From contig CALEIS010000135.1 in assembly GCA_937877675.1 (NCBI GenBank), forward strand, positions 173,557-237,556: a stretch of DNA of 64,000 bases, given 5' to 3'. The DNA comes from an uncultured Clostridia bacterium (GTDB lineage: Bacteria; Bacillota; Clostridia; Oscillospirales; Acutalibacteraceae). Each line of letters begins with the position of its first letter. Within the stretch, counting starts at the first letter, position 1. Positions 29,472 through 37,076 of this stretch are shown here, one piece after another. The notes under the pieces are model-generated. The model did no database searches. It worked only from the letters and a program-made list of their open reading frames with translations, and was not told where the DNA came from. The position numbers were made by a program, and so were the translations under genes.

Positions 29472-29577
29472 AAGGCTCTTTCACTAATGAGATAACCAAC
29501 TTCTCTATATTTTCAACCGAAAACAATTGGACTTGAACCAATGAACTTTAGCTATGCTAATTTGCTGTATGAGCCTT
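29472..29577 (-). ncRNA. ACAGCAAAU-box RNA 2: circularly permuted tRNA mimic (YrlA/Y-RNA-like)
   Basis: Order is: aaggctc-at-ACAGCAAA; hairpin ttagc-ata-gctaa; agttc; T arm attgg-ttcaagt-ccaat; acceptor-like hairpin tgttttc-ggtt-gaaaata; ta; D arm gaga-agttggtta-tctc; ...gagcctt. Confidence 0.6.
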
Positions 29578-29582
29578 TAGAA

Positions 29583-29655
29583 TGGAGCTGACAGGAATCG
29601 AACCTGCTACCCTCTGCGTGCAAAGCAGATGCTCTACCAAATGAGCTACAACCCC
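29583..29655 (-). tRNA. tRNA-Ala(UGC)
   Basis: G3:U70 is present. Anticodon arm tctgc-tttgcac-gcaga. Confidence 0.85.
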
Positions 29656-29807
29656 AAAATTAGGAACAACCCCCATTATTTAGGGGGCTGCACCTTTTTA
29701 TAAACAAACAAAACACGAACCACAATCATCAACACAATGACTATGGTGTTCCCATCGTTTCACAACGAGAGGTAAGGAGAGGGGGACTACCCCCTCTCTA
29801 AGATTAT

Positions 29808-31340
29808 TTAGTCAACAAGCGTAATGTCAGCATAACGCTTACCATTAAGAACCTGTAACATGAAGTCAGCAGGAGTCTTACCTGAGAGAATTTGCTCAAA
29901 CATACCAGGCTTACAACCACCAACAAGAATTGCACCGTACTGATGCTGAGTTACAGGAAGATTACCGTAATCACGCTGAGCTGCATTCCAGAATACCAAC
30001 TTAGGTACTCGATACCCTGCACAAGAATACATAGTTCTGATACGGTCATATGCTGCTTCATTATTACCACCATATACACAAGCATCAAACTGCATATCAG
30101 AGATAATCACGATTGCTTCAGGCATCTCCTCAGCAGGAAGATTATGTCTCTTTGCTGCATTGAGTACCAACTCAAAGGTAGCAATTAGATTTGTAGAACC
30201 ACCCCAATCAGCAGAAGCAATGTGCTGTACCTTCTTCTTAAGTCCCCACTTGTCATCAAATTCAATGAGATGAGGATTAGACTCAAATGTAATGAACTTA
30301 TTCTTGAACACTCCCTTGTTATGCTCAGACACATACATACCAAGTGAGATTGCTACACCAATAGGCTTAGGATTATCACCCCAAGTCATTGAACCTGAAG
30401 TATCTACTACTGCAAGCCAATTCTTATGTGCTGCATCTCCAAAGTAATCAGGGAGAGAACGCCACATGTTGTCAAGCTGCTTTTCCTCAGTCTTACCTAC
30501 AGAATAGTCAAAGAACTTATTGACAATCTCATAAGGATAGAGAGTCTTGACATTCACCTTTGCCTCCTTGCAGTTTACATCTCCACGCTCAATAGCCTTG
30601 GAAACTGCATCAATGTGAGCACGATAACGCTCACCGTCCTTCTCATGGAAGCACTTACGATACTTCATGTTGGCGTTAGAAGGAACTTCGTTATAGTCAA
30701 AGGTGTAATCCTTGTTCGTAAGATAAGTCTCAAGAATGTTGATACGCTTACGAAGCATGGAAAGCGTCTTACGGTAATGCTTTTCTGTTACTCCCAACTC
30801 CTTGCACAACATCTTACCATAAAGGCGAGTGCGCTTAGAAGAAGCATTTACGGAAGGAAGCCACTTAGCCATAATTGAGATAGGCTTATCAGACTTATAG
30901 TTAGTAATGTCTGACTTCAACTGTTCAACTATGAACTGAATAATCTGCTTGTCAAGGTCATCATGAACTCCAAACAAACAGAACAAATCATCCCATCGAC
31001 CATAAGTGGGAATGTGAGAGATGATGTTAGAGTTAATAAATGTCTTAGGCTCAAGTGTGGCTACCTCATGGATACCCTTGCGGAATACCTCACGCTCACC
31101 CTGTCCACCGTTGCCACGAACATCACGAAGATAGAACAAACAACGAACTGTGGACAACTTGTCCTCTAACCATGCACTCCTTACCATAGTACGAATCCCA
31201 TTAGGATTCTTACGATAAGAAGCACCCTTAGCGAATAAATCGAGAACTGAATTCAACGTAGACTTCCAAGCAGCCATGCCGTTTGTAGTCTCAGTCAAAT
31301 TATCCGTCTCCTTGATTGCATCAAATAATGCGTTTCCCAT
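29808..31340 (-). CDS. Ro60-like protein: DUF2828-type helical domain + C-terminal vWA with MIDAS
   Basis: The N-terminus TETTNGMAAWKSTLNSVLDLF...LFYLRDVRGNGGQGERE matches my recollection of DUF2828. The C-terminus has VVDTSGSM (DxSxS MIDAS). This is the same two-domain layout as Ro60/Rsr. Confidence 0.6.
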   Translation of the reverse strand: MGNALFDAIKETDNLTETTNGMAAWKSTLNSVLDLFAKGASYRKNPNGIRTMVRSAWLEDKLSTVRCLFYLRDVRGNGGQGEREVFRKGIHEVATLEPKTFINSNIISHIPTYGRWDDLFCLFGVHDDLDKQIIQFIVEQLKSDITNYKSDKPISIMAKWLPSVNASSKRTRLYGKMLCKELGVTEKHYRKTLSMLRKRINILETYLTNKDYTFDYNEVPSNANMKYRKCFHEKDGERYRAHIDAVSKAIERGDVNCKEAKVNVKTLYPYEIVNKFFDYSVGKTEEKQLDNMWRSLPDYFGDAAHKNWLAVVDTSGSMTWGDNPKPIGVAISLGMYVSEHNKGVFKNKFITFESNPHLIEFDDKWGLKKKVQHIASADWGGSTNLIATFELVLNAAKRHNLPAEEMPEAIVIISDMQFDACVYGGNNEAAYDRIRTMYSCAGYRVPKLVFWNAAQRDYGNLPVTQHQYGAILVGGCKPGMFEQILSGKTPADFMLQVLNGKRYADITLVD

Positions 31341-31376
31341 AATTATTCTTTCTATGTTTATTATTGATAAAAATGG

Positions 31377-31521
31377 TCAATTCATTCGCCCTTGTCAGGA
31401 TAACTCTTCATATTTGAACAAGTCACTTTTTCTCCACGTTTTATAACCCAAATATAATGTGATTAGATTTGCTGTATGTGACTTTTATTAGGAATTACCC
31501 TAACAAGGATGAATGAATTAA
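31377..31521 (-). ncRNA. ACAGCAAAU-box RNA 3: long 27-bp stem enclosing a 7-bp helix, box and Pro-like anticodon hairpin
   Basis: Outer arms 31377-31403 and 31495-31521. Four of the five non-identical columns are G:U pairs only in the minus-strand RNA. Inner element 31420-31484: aagtcac-at-ACAGCAAATCTAA..ttata-tttgggt-tataa..gtgactt. It lies in the 5' leader of the Ro-like gene. Confidence 0.55.
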
Positions 31522-31522
31522 C

Positions 31523-31660
31523 AAGACCCCATTATTACATTTTTACTGCGCTCTACCAACTGAGCTACTCCCATCATTGCAACAGGAGGCAGGACTCGAA
31601 CCTGCGACATCAGGCTTACAAGGCATATGTTATAATTGATTGATTTGCTGTGTGGGTCTT
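31523..31660 (-). ncRNA. ACAGCAAAU-box RNA 4: circularly permuted tRNA mimic (YrlA/Y-RNA-like)
   Basis: Order is: aagaccc-ac-ACAGCAAATCAA..; hairpin tatgc-cttgtaa-gcctg; atgtc; T arm gcagg-ttcgagt-cctgc; acceptor-like hairpin ctcctgt-tgcaatg-atgggag; ta; D arm gctc-agttggta-gagc; ...gggtctt. Confidence 0.6.
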
Positions 31661-31666
31661 TAAGAA

Positions 31667-31749
31667 TGGGAGCGGTTGGACTCGAACCAACGAAGACCGA
31701 AGTCAGGAGATTTACAGTCTCCCCCCTTTGCCGCTCGGGACACACTCCC
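31667..31749 (-). tRNA. tRNA-Tyr(GUA)
   Basis: Type II. Anticodon arm ggaga-ctgtaaa-tctcc. Confidence 0.8.
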
Positions 31750-31993
31750 AAGTTTGTAACTATCCCTCACCACAGGGAGAACCGTTTCATAAGTTCTTTA
31801 TCCTAGTTACTGAAGATTTAGATTACATCGTACATAGAAGTTTGACGTGGATGTAATCATCCCAATGAGTATGTTCCTTACTTGCCCCCTCATCGGTTAC
31901 TGGGGCGACTGCTCTTTATACATTATCAGGGGAAAGCAGAAAATCCTTTACTGATAAGGGATGAGTTGGTGGTGTCCTACTCATCACAGGAGA

Positions 31994-32065
31994 CAAGGCA
32001 TAGGGGAATTGAACCCCTGTTTAGGGAATGAAAATCCCTTGTCCTAACCACTAGACGAATGCCTC
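31994..32065 (-). tRNA. tRNA-Glu(UUC)
   Basis: gaggcat-tc-gtct-agtggtta-ggac. Anticodon arm aggga-ttttcat-tccct. 4-nt variable loop. Confidence 0.8.
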
Positions 32066-32141
32066 ATGTGTTTTTAACATCGCTGTCAATCTTCATTAGA
32101 GGGTTTTTATTTCCTCTTCACCTTTGGCAGGTGACAAGAAC

Positions 32142-32170
32142 ATTATACATCAGTTCTTTTCTTTTGTCAA
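32142..32170 (-). promoter_or_regulatory. TTGACA-N17-TATAAT promoter cassette
   Basis: attata at 32142-47 and tgtcaa at 32165-70. Confidence 0.7.
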
Positions 32171-32209
32171 GCACTTTTTGAAAGTTTTTTGAACTTTTTT
32201 CTTGAAAAA

Positions 32210-32281
32210 CACTCCATGCGGGATTTGAACCCACCTTCACGATTTTAGAGACCGTTGTCCTAACCACTAGACGAATGGAGC
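32210..32281 (-). tRNA. amber suppressor tRNA (anticodon CUA)
   Basis: gctccat-tc-gtct-agtggtta-ggac-a-acggt-CTCTAAA-atcgt-gaag-gtggg-ttcaaat-cccgc-atggagt-g. Canonical 7-nt loop with U33 and CUA at positions 34-36 (plus-strand tag at 32246-48). Confidence 0.8.
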
Positions 32282-32288
32282 ATGAAAG

Positions 32289-32362
32289 TAGCGGGGATAG
32301 GACTCGAACCTATGACTCCACGAATATGAATCGTGTGTTCTAACCAACTGAACTACCCAGCC
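32289..32362 (-). tRNA. tRNA-Met or Ile2 (CAU)
   Basis: Anticodon arm cacga-ttcatat-tcgtg. One U:C mismatch in the acceptor stem. Confidence 0.7.
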
Positions 32363-32509
32363 ATTTTGATACCGATAACGTGTTTCTCATTACACCATAC
32401 CCACGACCGTTTAGTACGTACTCTAAGTCTTGACAGGCACAGGGAATCTCACCCCAAACATCACCGATACTAGCAGAAATTTTGCGCTAAGGATTTCTGC
32501 AAACCTTAA

Positions 32510-32581
32510 TCAGGGAGGCGAGACTCGAACTCGCAACCACTTGAACCCAAATCAAGCACTCTACCATTGAGCTACACCCTG
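32510..32581 (-). tRNA. tRNA-Pro(UGG)
   Basis: C1:G72. Anticodon arm cttga-tttgggt-tcaag. Confidence 0.75.
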
Positions 32582-33023
32582 AACTGAGGTTCTCACTACC
32601 ACTCGGAGAACACCTAAGTCTGTACACAACCTAGGTACATTATGCTTCATTACTCATAATGAAACGCTTTTGAGCATGTGTGACTCTTGCACAGGTAGCA
32701 CGTTGTCTACCTCGTTTTATAAGACGATGCACATCTTCGTCTCCGTAGATACACATTTATTATCTTCGCACCTGTATCTCATTATCTAAGCCTGATAATG
32801 CCAATCATGAACTTTTGATTGCTATCGTACACCCTATTCAGGTGAGGACTTGGTGCAGCATCTCATGTTTAACTTCCATGAGAAGAATGATAGTTTTACT
32901 ACTGCTATACTATCCAAACAGGGAAGCTCAGGTATTGCCTACCAAGGTTACTTCTTACTGCGAACCTCATAAACAGTCTACTTAGTATGATGAGTGCTTA
33001 TCTCTCATCTTTCATAAGTGGAG

Positions 33024-33095
33024 TAGCCCCTGACAGACTCGAACTGCCGACCAATTCGGTGTAAACGAACCGCTCTACCACTGAGCTAAAGGGCC
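33024..33095 (-). tRNA. tRNA-Val(UAC)
   Basis: Anticodon arm gttcg-tttacac-cgaat. Confidence 0.8.
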
Positions 33096-33128
33096 GTATG
33101 TTGTAGTATTTATCCTCGCAACAAGTAT

Positions 33129-33157
33129 ATTATATCATAGTTCTTTTTACTTGGCAA
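33129..33157 (-). promoter_or_regulatory. TTGCCA-N17-TATAAT promoter cassette
   Basis: attata at 33129-34 and tggcaa at 33152-57. Confidence 0.65.
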
Positions 33158-33189
33158 GATTTTTTTCGTATATTTGTTTAGTTTTTTAC

Positions 33190-33261
33190 AAGACACCTTC
33201 AATCTAACCCTAGAATGACAATACTTTAGTCGGTGTAAATTTGATTTGCTGTATGTGCCTT
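33190..33261 (-). ncRNA. ACAGCAAAU-box RNA 5 (72 nt, 7-bp closing helix)
   Basis: aaggcac-at-ACAGCAAATCAAA....gtgtctt. It starts 5 nt after tRNA-Ile. The interior fold is unresolved. Confidence 0.45.
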
Positions 33262-33266
33262 TAGAA

Positions 33267-33340
<74 letters not shown>

Positions 33341-33347
33341 TTTGAAA

Positions 33348-33421
33348 TGCCACACCTAGGACTTGAACCTAGAACCTCATCATTAAGAGTGATTTGCTCT
33401 AACCATTTGAGCTAGTGAGGC
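33348..33421 (-). tRNA. tRNA-Lys(CUU)
   Basis: Loop ctcttaa. One acceptor mismatch. Confidence 0.7.
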
Positions 33422-33422
33422 T

Positions 33423-33899
33423 TTATAATTTATTGACATCAAGTAATCCATAATGAGCTTCTCTATGACAGTTTGCACATAAAAGAACACATTTGGATAC
33501 TTCATCATTTATAGTATCCATTGAAAGTTGACCAAGTTTTGCTATATTCAATTCAAAACTTTTTTCATCAGGGTTTTTATGATGAAATTCCAATGCTTGA
33601 GGACAACGGTTGTAACCACATGCCATACATTTACCGCCAAACTTGGTATCAATTATTTGTTGTTTGCGTTCTCTTGCACGATTACGATTACTTACAGTTA
33701 TTCGCTTATTTCTTTTTTTACGAAGAAATTCTTTTTCTTCCTCCGTATAATCTTTTACATTGAAAGGTCTATATTTAGTTTTCAATCCATATTTTCCTAA
33801 CCAATGACGAACCGAACTAAAACTTTTATCAAGTTCTTTACAGATGTCACGGATAGAAAGATTCTTGTCAATTAGTTTTTGTAATTCTTCTCGTTCCAT
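33423..33899 (-). CDS. HNH homing endonuclease with N-terminal HTH
   Basis: LEFHHKNPDEKSFELN...LLCANCHREAHYG. Confidence 0.8.
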   Translation of the reverse strand: MEREELQKLIDKNLSIRDICKELDKSFSSVRHWLGKYGLKTKYRPFNVKDYTEEEKEFLRKKRNKRITVSNRNRARERKQQIIDTKFGGKCMACGYNRCPQALEFHHKNPDEKSFELNIAKLGQLSMDTINDEVSKCVLLCANCHREAHYGLLDVNKL

Positions 33900-33952
33900 A
33901 TCTTTATTTAGTTCACTTTACAAATAAAGGAGAGATTTTATTACTGATTTAG

Positions 33953-34026
33953 TGGTAAAGGGTGGAATCGAACCACCGACACCAACATTTTCAGTGTTGT
34001 GCTACTACCGACTGAGCTACTTTACC
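33953..34026 (-). tRNA. tRNA-Phe(GAA)
   Basis: Anticodon arm caaca-ctgaaaa-tgttg. Confidence 0.85.
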
Positions 34027-34031
34027 AATTA

Positions 34032-34105
34032 TAGGACCGCACAGACTTGAACTGTGAACCTAAGGATTATGAGTCCTCCGCTCTAACCGATTGAGCTACA
34101 ATCCC
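34032..34105 (-). tRNA. tRNA-Ile2 (CAU, lysidine-type) or Met
   Basis: Loop ctcataa. The 5' acceptor and D arm (gggattgtagctca) match tRNA-Ile(GAU). Confidence 0.7.
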
Positions 34106-34115
34106 ATATAAAGAA

Positions 34116-34188
34116 TAGGTGCTATGGGATTTGAACCCATGACCAACAGATTAAAAGTCTGCTGCTCTACCGACTGAGCTAAACACCC
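34116..34188 (-). tRNA. tRNA-Lys(UUU)
   Basis: Anticodon arm gcaga-cttttaa-tctgt. Confidence 0.8.
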
Positions 34189-34197
34189 TTTGTGAAA

Positions 34198-34269
34198 CGT
34201 CCTCGGCAGGATTTGAACCTGCGACCCCATGCTTAGAAGGCACGTGCTCTATCCGCTGAGCTACAAGGA
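34198..34269 (-). tRNA. tRNA-Arg(UCU)
   Basis: Anticodon arm cgtgc-cttctaa-gcatg. Confidence 0.8.
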
Positions 34270-34330
34270 CTTATGCGGTAATTGATAACCCACAATTACC
34301 AAAGGGTTGATGATAAATCAAGCAAGAAGA

Positions 34331-34401
34331 CAGGCTGACAAGGACTCGAACCCTGATAAACGGTTTTGGAGACCGTCATTCTACCATTGAATTATCAGCC
34401 T
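34331..34401 (-). tRNA. tRNA-Trp(CCA)
   Basis: Anticodon arm acggt-ctccaaa-accgt. Confidence 0.8.
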
Positions 34402-34634
34402 AGAATAATCATCATAACCTCGTCTCGTATGATGGTATCAATTAGCATCCCCCAAAGTAATAAAATAGATGCTAATTGATTTTTGAGCATGACGGTTTCT
34501 TTTCAAGTGCCACTACCGACAAACACTCCTGAGAGACCTTATTACTGATGGCAGTCATGGTAGGAAATAAAGAAAAACTACCATGAAAGCGGTTTACCAT
34601 CTAATGCAAAGACCTCTAATTGTCATGAAACAAA

Positions 34635-34704
34635 TACGGATAGTGAGAATCGAACTCACAACTAAAGATTGGAAATCTCCTATTTTACCACTAAACTATA
34701 TCCG
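34635..34704 (-). tRNA. tRNA-Gly(UCC)
   Basis: Anticodon arm ggaga-tttccaa-tcttt. Confidence 0.75.
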
Positions 34705-34712
34705 CATGAGAG

Positions 34713-34785
34713 TACACGAAGTAAGACTTGAACTCACAACCCCTTCGTCCGTAGCGAAGTGCTCTATCCATTGAGCTATTCGTGC
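34713..34785 (-). tRNA. tRNA-Arg(ACG)
   Basis: Anticodon arm cttcg-ctacgga-cgaag. Confidence 0.8.
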
Positions 34786-34896
34786 ATTTGTAGTGGTATT
34801 ACCCTGCCACTACTCAGGTTAGAAAGGAGGAGCATCACCTCAATGCCCCAATGAACAACAAATATCAGAACACCGTTTTACGTCTGGCAGACAAAG

Positions 34897-34980
34897 TACG
34901 GAGAACAGGACTCGAACCTGCACGAGATTTCTCTCATAACATCCTTAGTGTTACGTGACTACCAATTCCACCATCTCCGC
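34897..34980 (-). tRNA. tRNA-Leu(AAG)
   Basis: Type II. Anticodon arm taaca-ctaagga-tgtta. Confidence 0.7.
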
Positions 34981-35334
34981 ATTAAGGGGTGGTTTCCCAC
35001 CCCAATTATTGATAGAAAGCAAAAATATGAATAACATTCATGACATCAAAACGTAGGCGGCTTGCAATTCTGTCTATCGCTTGCCATTTTACTGTTTGGT
35101 CAAACTGTCATTCGGATACAACCCCTAGCCTCGTGTATCCCATAGGGTTTCACAACCTCCTATAGAGCAAGACAGTTTATAAAAAAACTGACAAAATTAT
35201 GACAAAATGAAAATACAATAGTAAATCCTGACTTATTATCTCCACCGTCAGAATAGCGCAGAACAACCTTTTAGCAGGAGGATGTAACCTATACTTTGAT
35301 TATGAATACCCACCACAACAACCGTATGATAGAA

Positions 35335-35405
35335 AATCCATGAACGGAATCGAACCGTTACCTCCCCCAAGCACTAAGGGGGCTTGCCCATTACACCACA
35401 TGGAT
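35335..35405 (-). tRNA. tRNA-like gene with 9-nt anticodon loop
   Basis: Perfect acceptor atccatg/catggat. T arm aacgg-ttcgatt-ccgtt. The anticodon arm is ccccc-ttagtgctt-ggggg. Confidence 0.35.
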
Positions 35406-35679
35406 ACCTTCGACCTGAGGTTAATTACTCCTCCAGCCTATTTTCATGAAAAATTGTCGGAAGGATTGTTACCTGCAACCCTTCGCTTAGGTAGTGATTC
35501 TCACCCGCAGAGCGTCCCCTGCGAATTACCAGTCAGAGAGAACCGTTGCCTACCTGATAGTTCCTTATTTTCCTAGGTTGGAAAGGAACTAACAACCTAA
35601 CCAAAAGCGAATTATCGTAGTCGCTAAACACACGGCTCTTATTTTTTACTTCCTCAAGTCGTTGGAAATTTTGAGAACA

Positions 35680-35759
35680 AAATGTAGGAAGGACTTGAAC
35701 CTTCACGGGATTTCAACCCCACCCTTTAACGGCGCGTCTACCATTCCACCACTCACATT
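35680..35759 (-). tRNA. degenerate type II tRNA-Leu(UAA)-like gene
   Basis: T arm gaagg-ttcaagt-ccttc. D loop ggaatggtag. 4-bp anticodon stem with loop gttaaag. Imperfect acceptor. Confidence 0.35.
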
Positions 35760-36007
35760 CATTCTCTTATAAAATCAGATGAATAATTTTGTTATAGTTT
35801 ATAATTACACATCCGATTAGAATTGTTCAATTATTATAACGCTGATACATTCAGGAGTCGAACCTGACCATTGGATAGATTGCAGTCTATCGCCCTCCGA
35901 TACGTCCCTCCCAAAGTGGGTACTTTCTTATCGGCATTACCTCATTATGAAGGGGTTTGCGACCCAAGGTATCGGCTACATACATAATGAGTTTGTTATT
36001 GAACGAA

Positions 36008-36079
36008 AGGTTCGGGTCGGATTTGAACCAACGCATGAGAGATTTGCAGTCACTTGCCTTACCACTTGGCTACCGAACC
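36008..36079 (-). tRNA. tRNA-Cys(GCA)
   Basis: ggttcgg/ccgaacc. Loop ctgcaaa, with one stem mismatch. Confidence 0.7.
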
Positions 36080-36087
36080 ATTATTTC

Positions 36088-36263
36088 ATTATCTCACATG
36101 AGAATACATTGTTCTCTCATTAGGGATTGAACCTACACATGATAACGACATATCTTAATCCTACACCATATCCAGTAGTATAATGTGAATCGAACAACAT
36201 GACTAAGATTATGAACATCTCATCCTGTCCCAACAGTTTGAGTGTACCCTCATGTGAGATAAT
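36088..36263. repeat. 15-bp perfect inverted repeat enclosing two degenerate tRNA-like fragments
   Basis: attatctcacatgag (36088-36102) pairs with ctcatgtgagataat (36249-36263). The interior holds T-arm-like ggttcaatcc and gttcgattc pieces. Confidence 0.5.
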
Positions 36264-36274
36264 TTACAGTTTTG

Positions 36275-36365
36275 GTTCTCATGAGTATGAAGAGTTCCTG
36301 TTATCACAATCCGTAGCTGTTGCTAATCCCTGTGTTCCTGTTACTCTCTTCACACTCATGAGAAC
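36275..36365 (-). ncRNA. long hairpin (20-bp stem)
   Basis: gttctcatgagtatgaagag pairs with ctcttcacactcatgagaac. The single non-complementary column is a U:G pair only in the minus-strand RNA. Confidence 0.4.
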
Positions 36366-36626
36366 TGTTTTATAGTCAGATAATGGTTATCATTGGATAC
36401 GGTAGGCTCGTCCTACACTAACGGTCTATATCACATGGTTAGATATGTTTTACACATCATCCGTTTTCGCATGAAGTTCTAATTGAACTACGCTCCAACC
36501 CACTCCAACTATAAAAAGTTTGGAAAATTTACTGATTCTGTCAATCTCTTTCCTACTGCCTACTGATGATTGGCATTCTCATCAGATTTAGTAGTGGGAT
36601 GTGGCATCCCTTGTTTGTGTGACCAC

Positions 36627-36655
36627 ATTATATCAGAGTTCTGAAACTTTGTCAA
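36627..36655 (-). promoter_or_regulatory. TTGACA-N17-TATAAT promoter cassette
   Basis: attata at 36627-32 and tgtcaa at 36650-55. Confidence 0.7.
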
Positions 36656-36779
36656 GCACTTTTTGAAACTTTTTTGAACTTTTTTTCGCTGTCCTTGATT
36701 TTCTTTTACTGATTCGGACGCTCAGTTCTGTTTCTCGCTTGTCTTTGTTTCGTTCCTCCTGTTTGGTGGCGACAGGCAC

Positions 36780-36808
36780 ATTATACACATGTTCTCCCTC
36801 ACTGTCAA
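36780..36808 (-). promoter_or_regulatory. TTGACA-N17-TATAAT promoter cassette
   Basis: attata at 36780-85 and tgtcaa at 36803-08. It is in tandem with the previous copy. Confidence 0.7.
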
Positions 36809-37076
36809 GCAAATTTTTGAAAAAAGTTGAAAAAAGTTTTCAGAAAAATTCTTGTTCATTGATTTAGAAAGAAAAAGAGCAGAACTTTTTTTAGTCCTGC
36901 CCTTTCACCATTTATGAGATTACATGCAAAGCTTATAGATGTCAAGGGCAGAGTACACACCATTTACCACAGAGCATGTAAAATGGTCTGAGTGAAATGT
37001 GCTTTTCTATGCGAATACTTGTCATCGTCTTTTTCTTATTTATACACTTGAAATTAAAATTGTAGAAATTTTTACA

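Noticed and set aside
29472-31660. The permuted elements could be true circularly permuted tRNA genes that mature into functional tRNAs.
   Set aside because: In 29472-29577 the hairpin at the anticodon-arm position has only a 3-nt loop. No splicing or ligation signals for circularisation are apparent. A mimic role seems more likely, but is unproven.
32582-33023. The 442-nt tRNA spacer could be tmRNA, RNase P RNA or a second group I intron.
   Set aside because: I could not find a tRNA-like 5'/3' pairing with a tag ORF, the GAGGAAAGUCC / ACAGAA...GGCUUA RNase P motifs, or flanking tRNA halves. It is left as an unassigned structured region.
29370-33260. The repeated atttgctgt motif could be a CRISPR array.
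   Set aside because: There are only five copies at irregular spacing (about 190 nt to 1.9 kb). Each is embedded in a different structured element, and there are no uniform repeat-spacer units.
29300-33261. The ACAGCAAAU elements could be minimal HDV-like ('theta') ribozymes, which are reported just downstream of tRNAs in recoded gut phages.
   Set aside because: I tried to thread the nested P1/P2/P3/P1.1 fold. The 5' strand pairs with the extreme 3' end rather than an internal P1 partner. The region between is too long for P3/L3, and no J4/2 catalytic C context is evident. I did not test this computationally, so it remains a formal alternative.
36540-36600. A CTGATGA sequence might be a hammerhead ribozyme core.
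   Set aside because: The heptamer simply pairs with tcatcag 9 nt away to form a plain hairpin. No GAAA or three-way junction is arranged around it.
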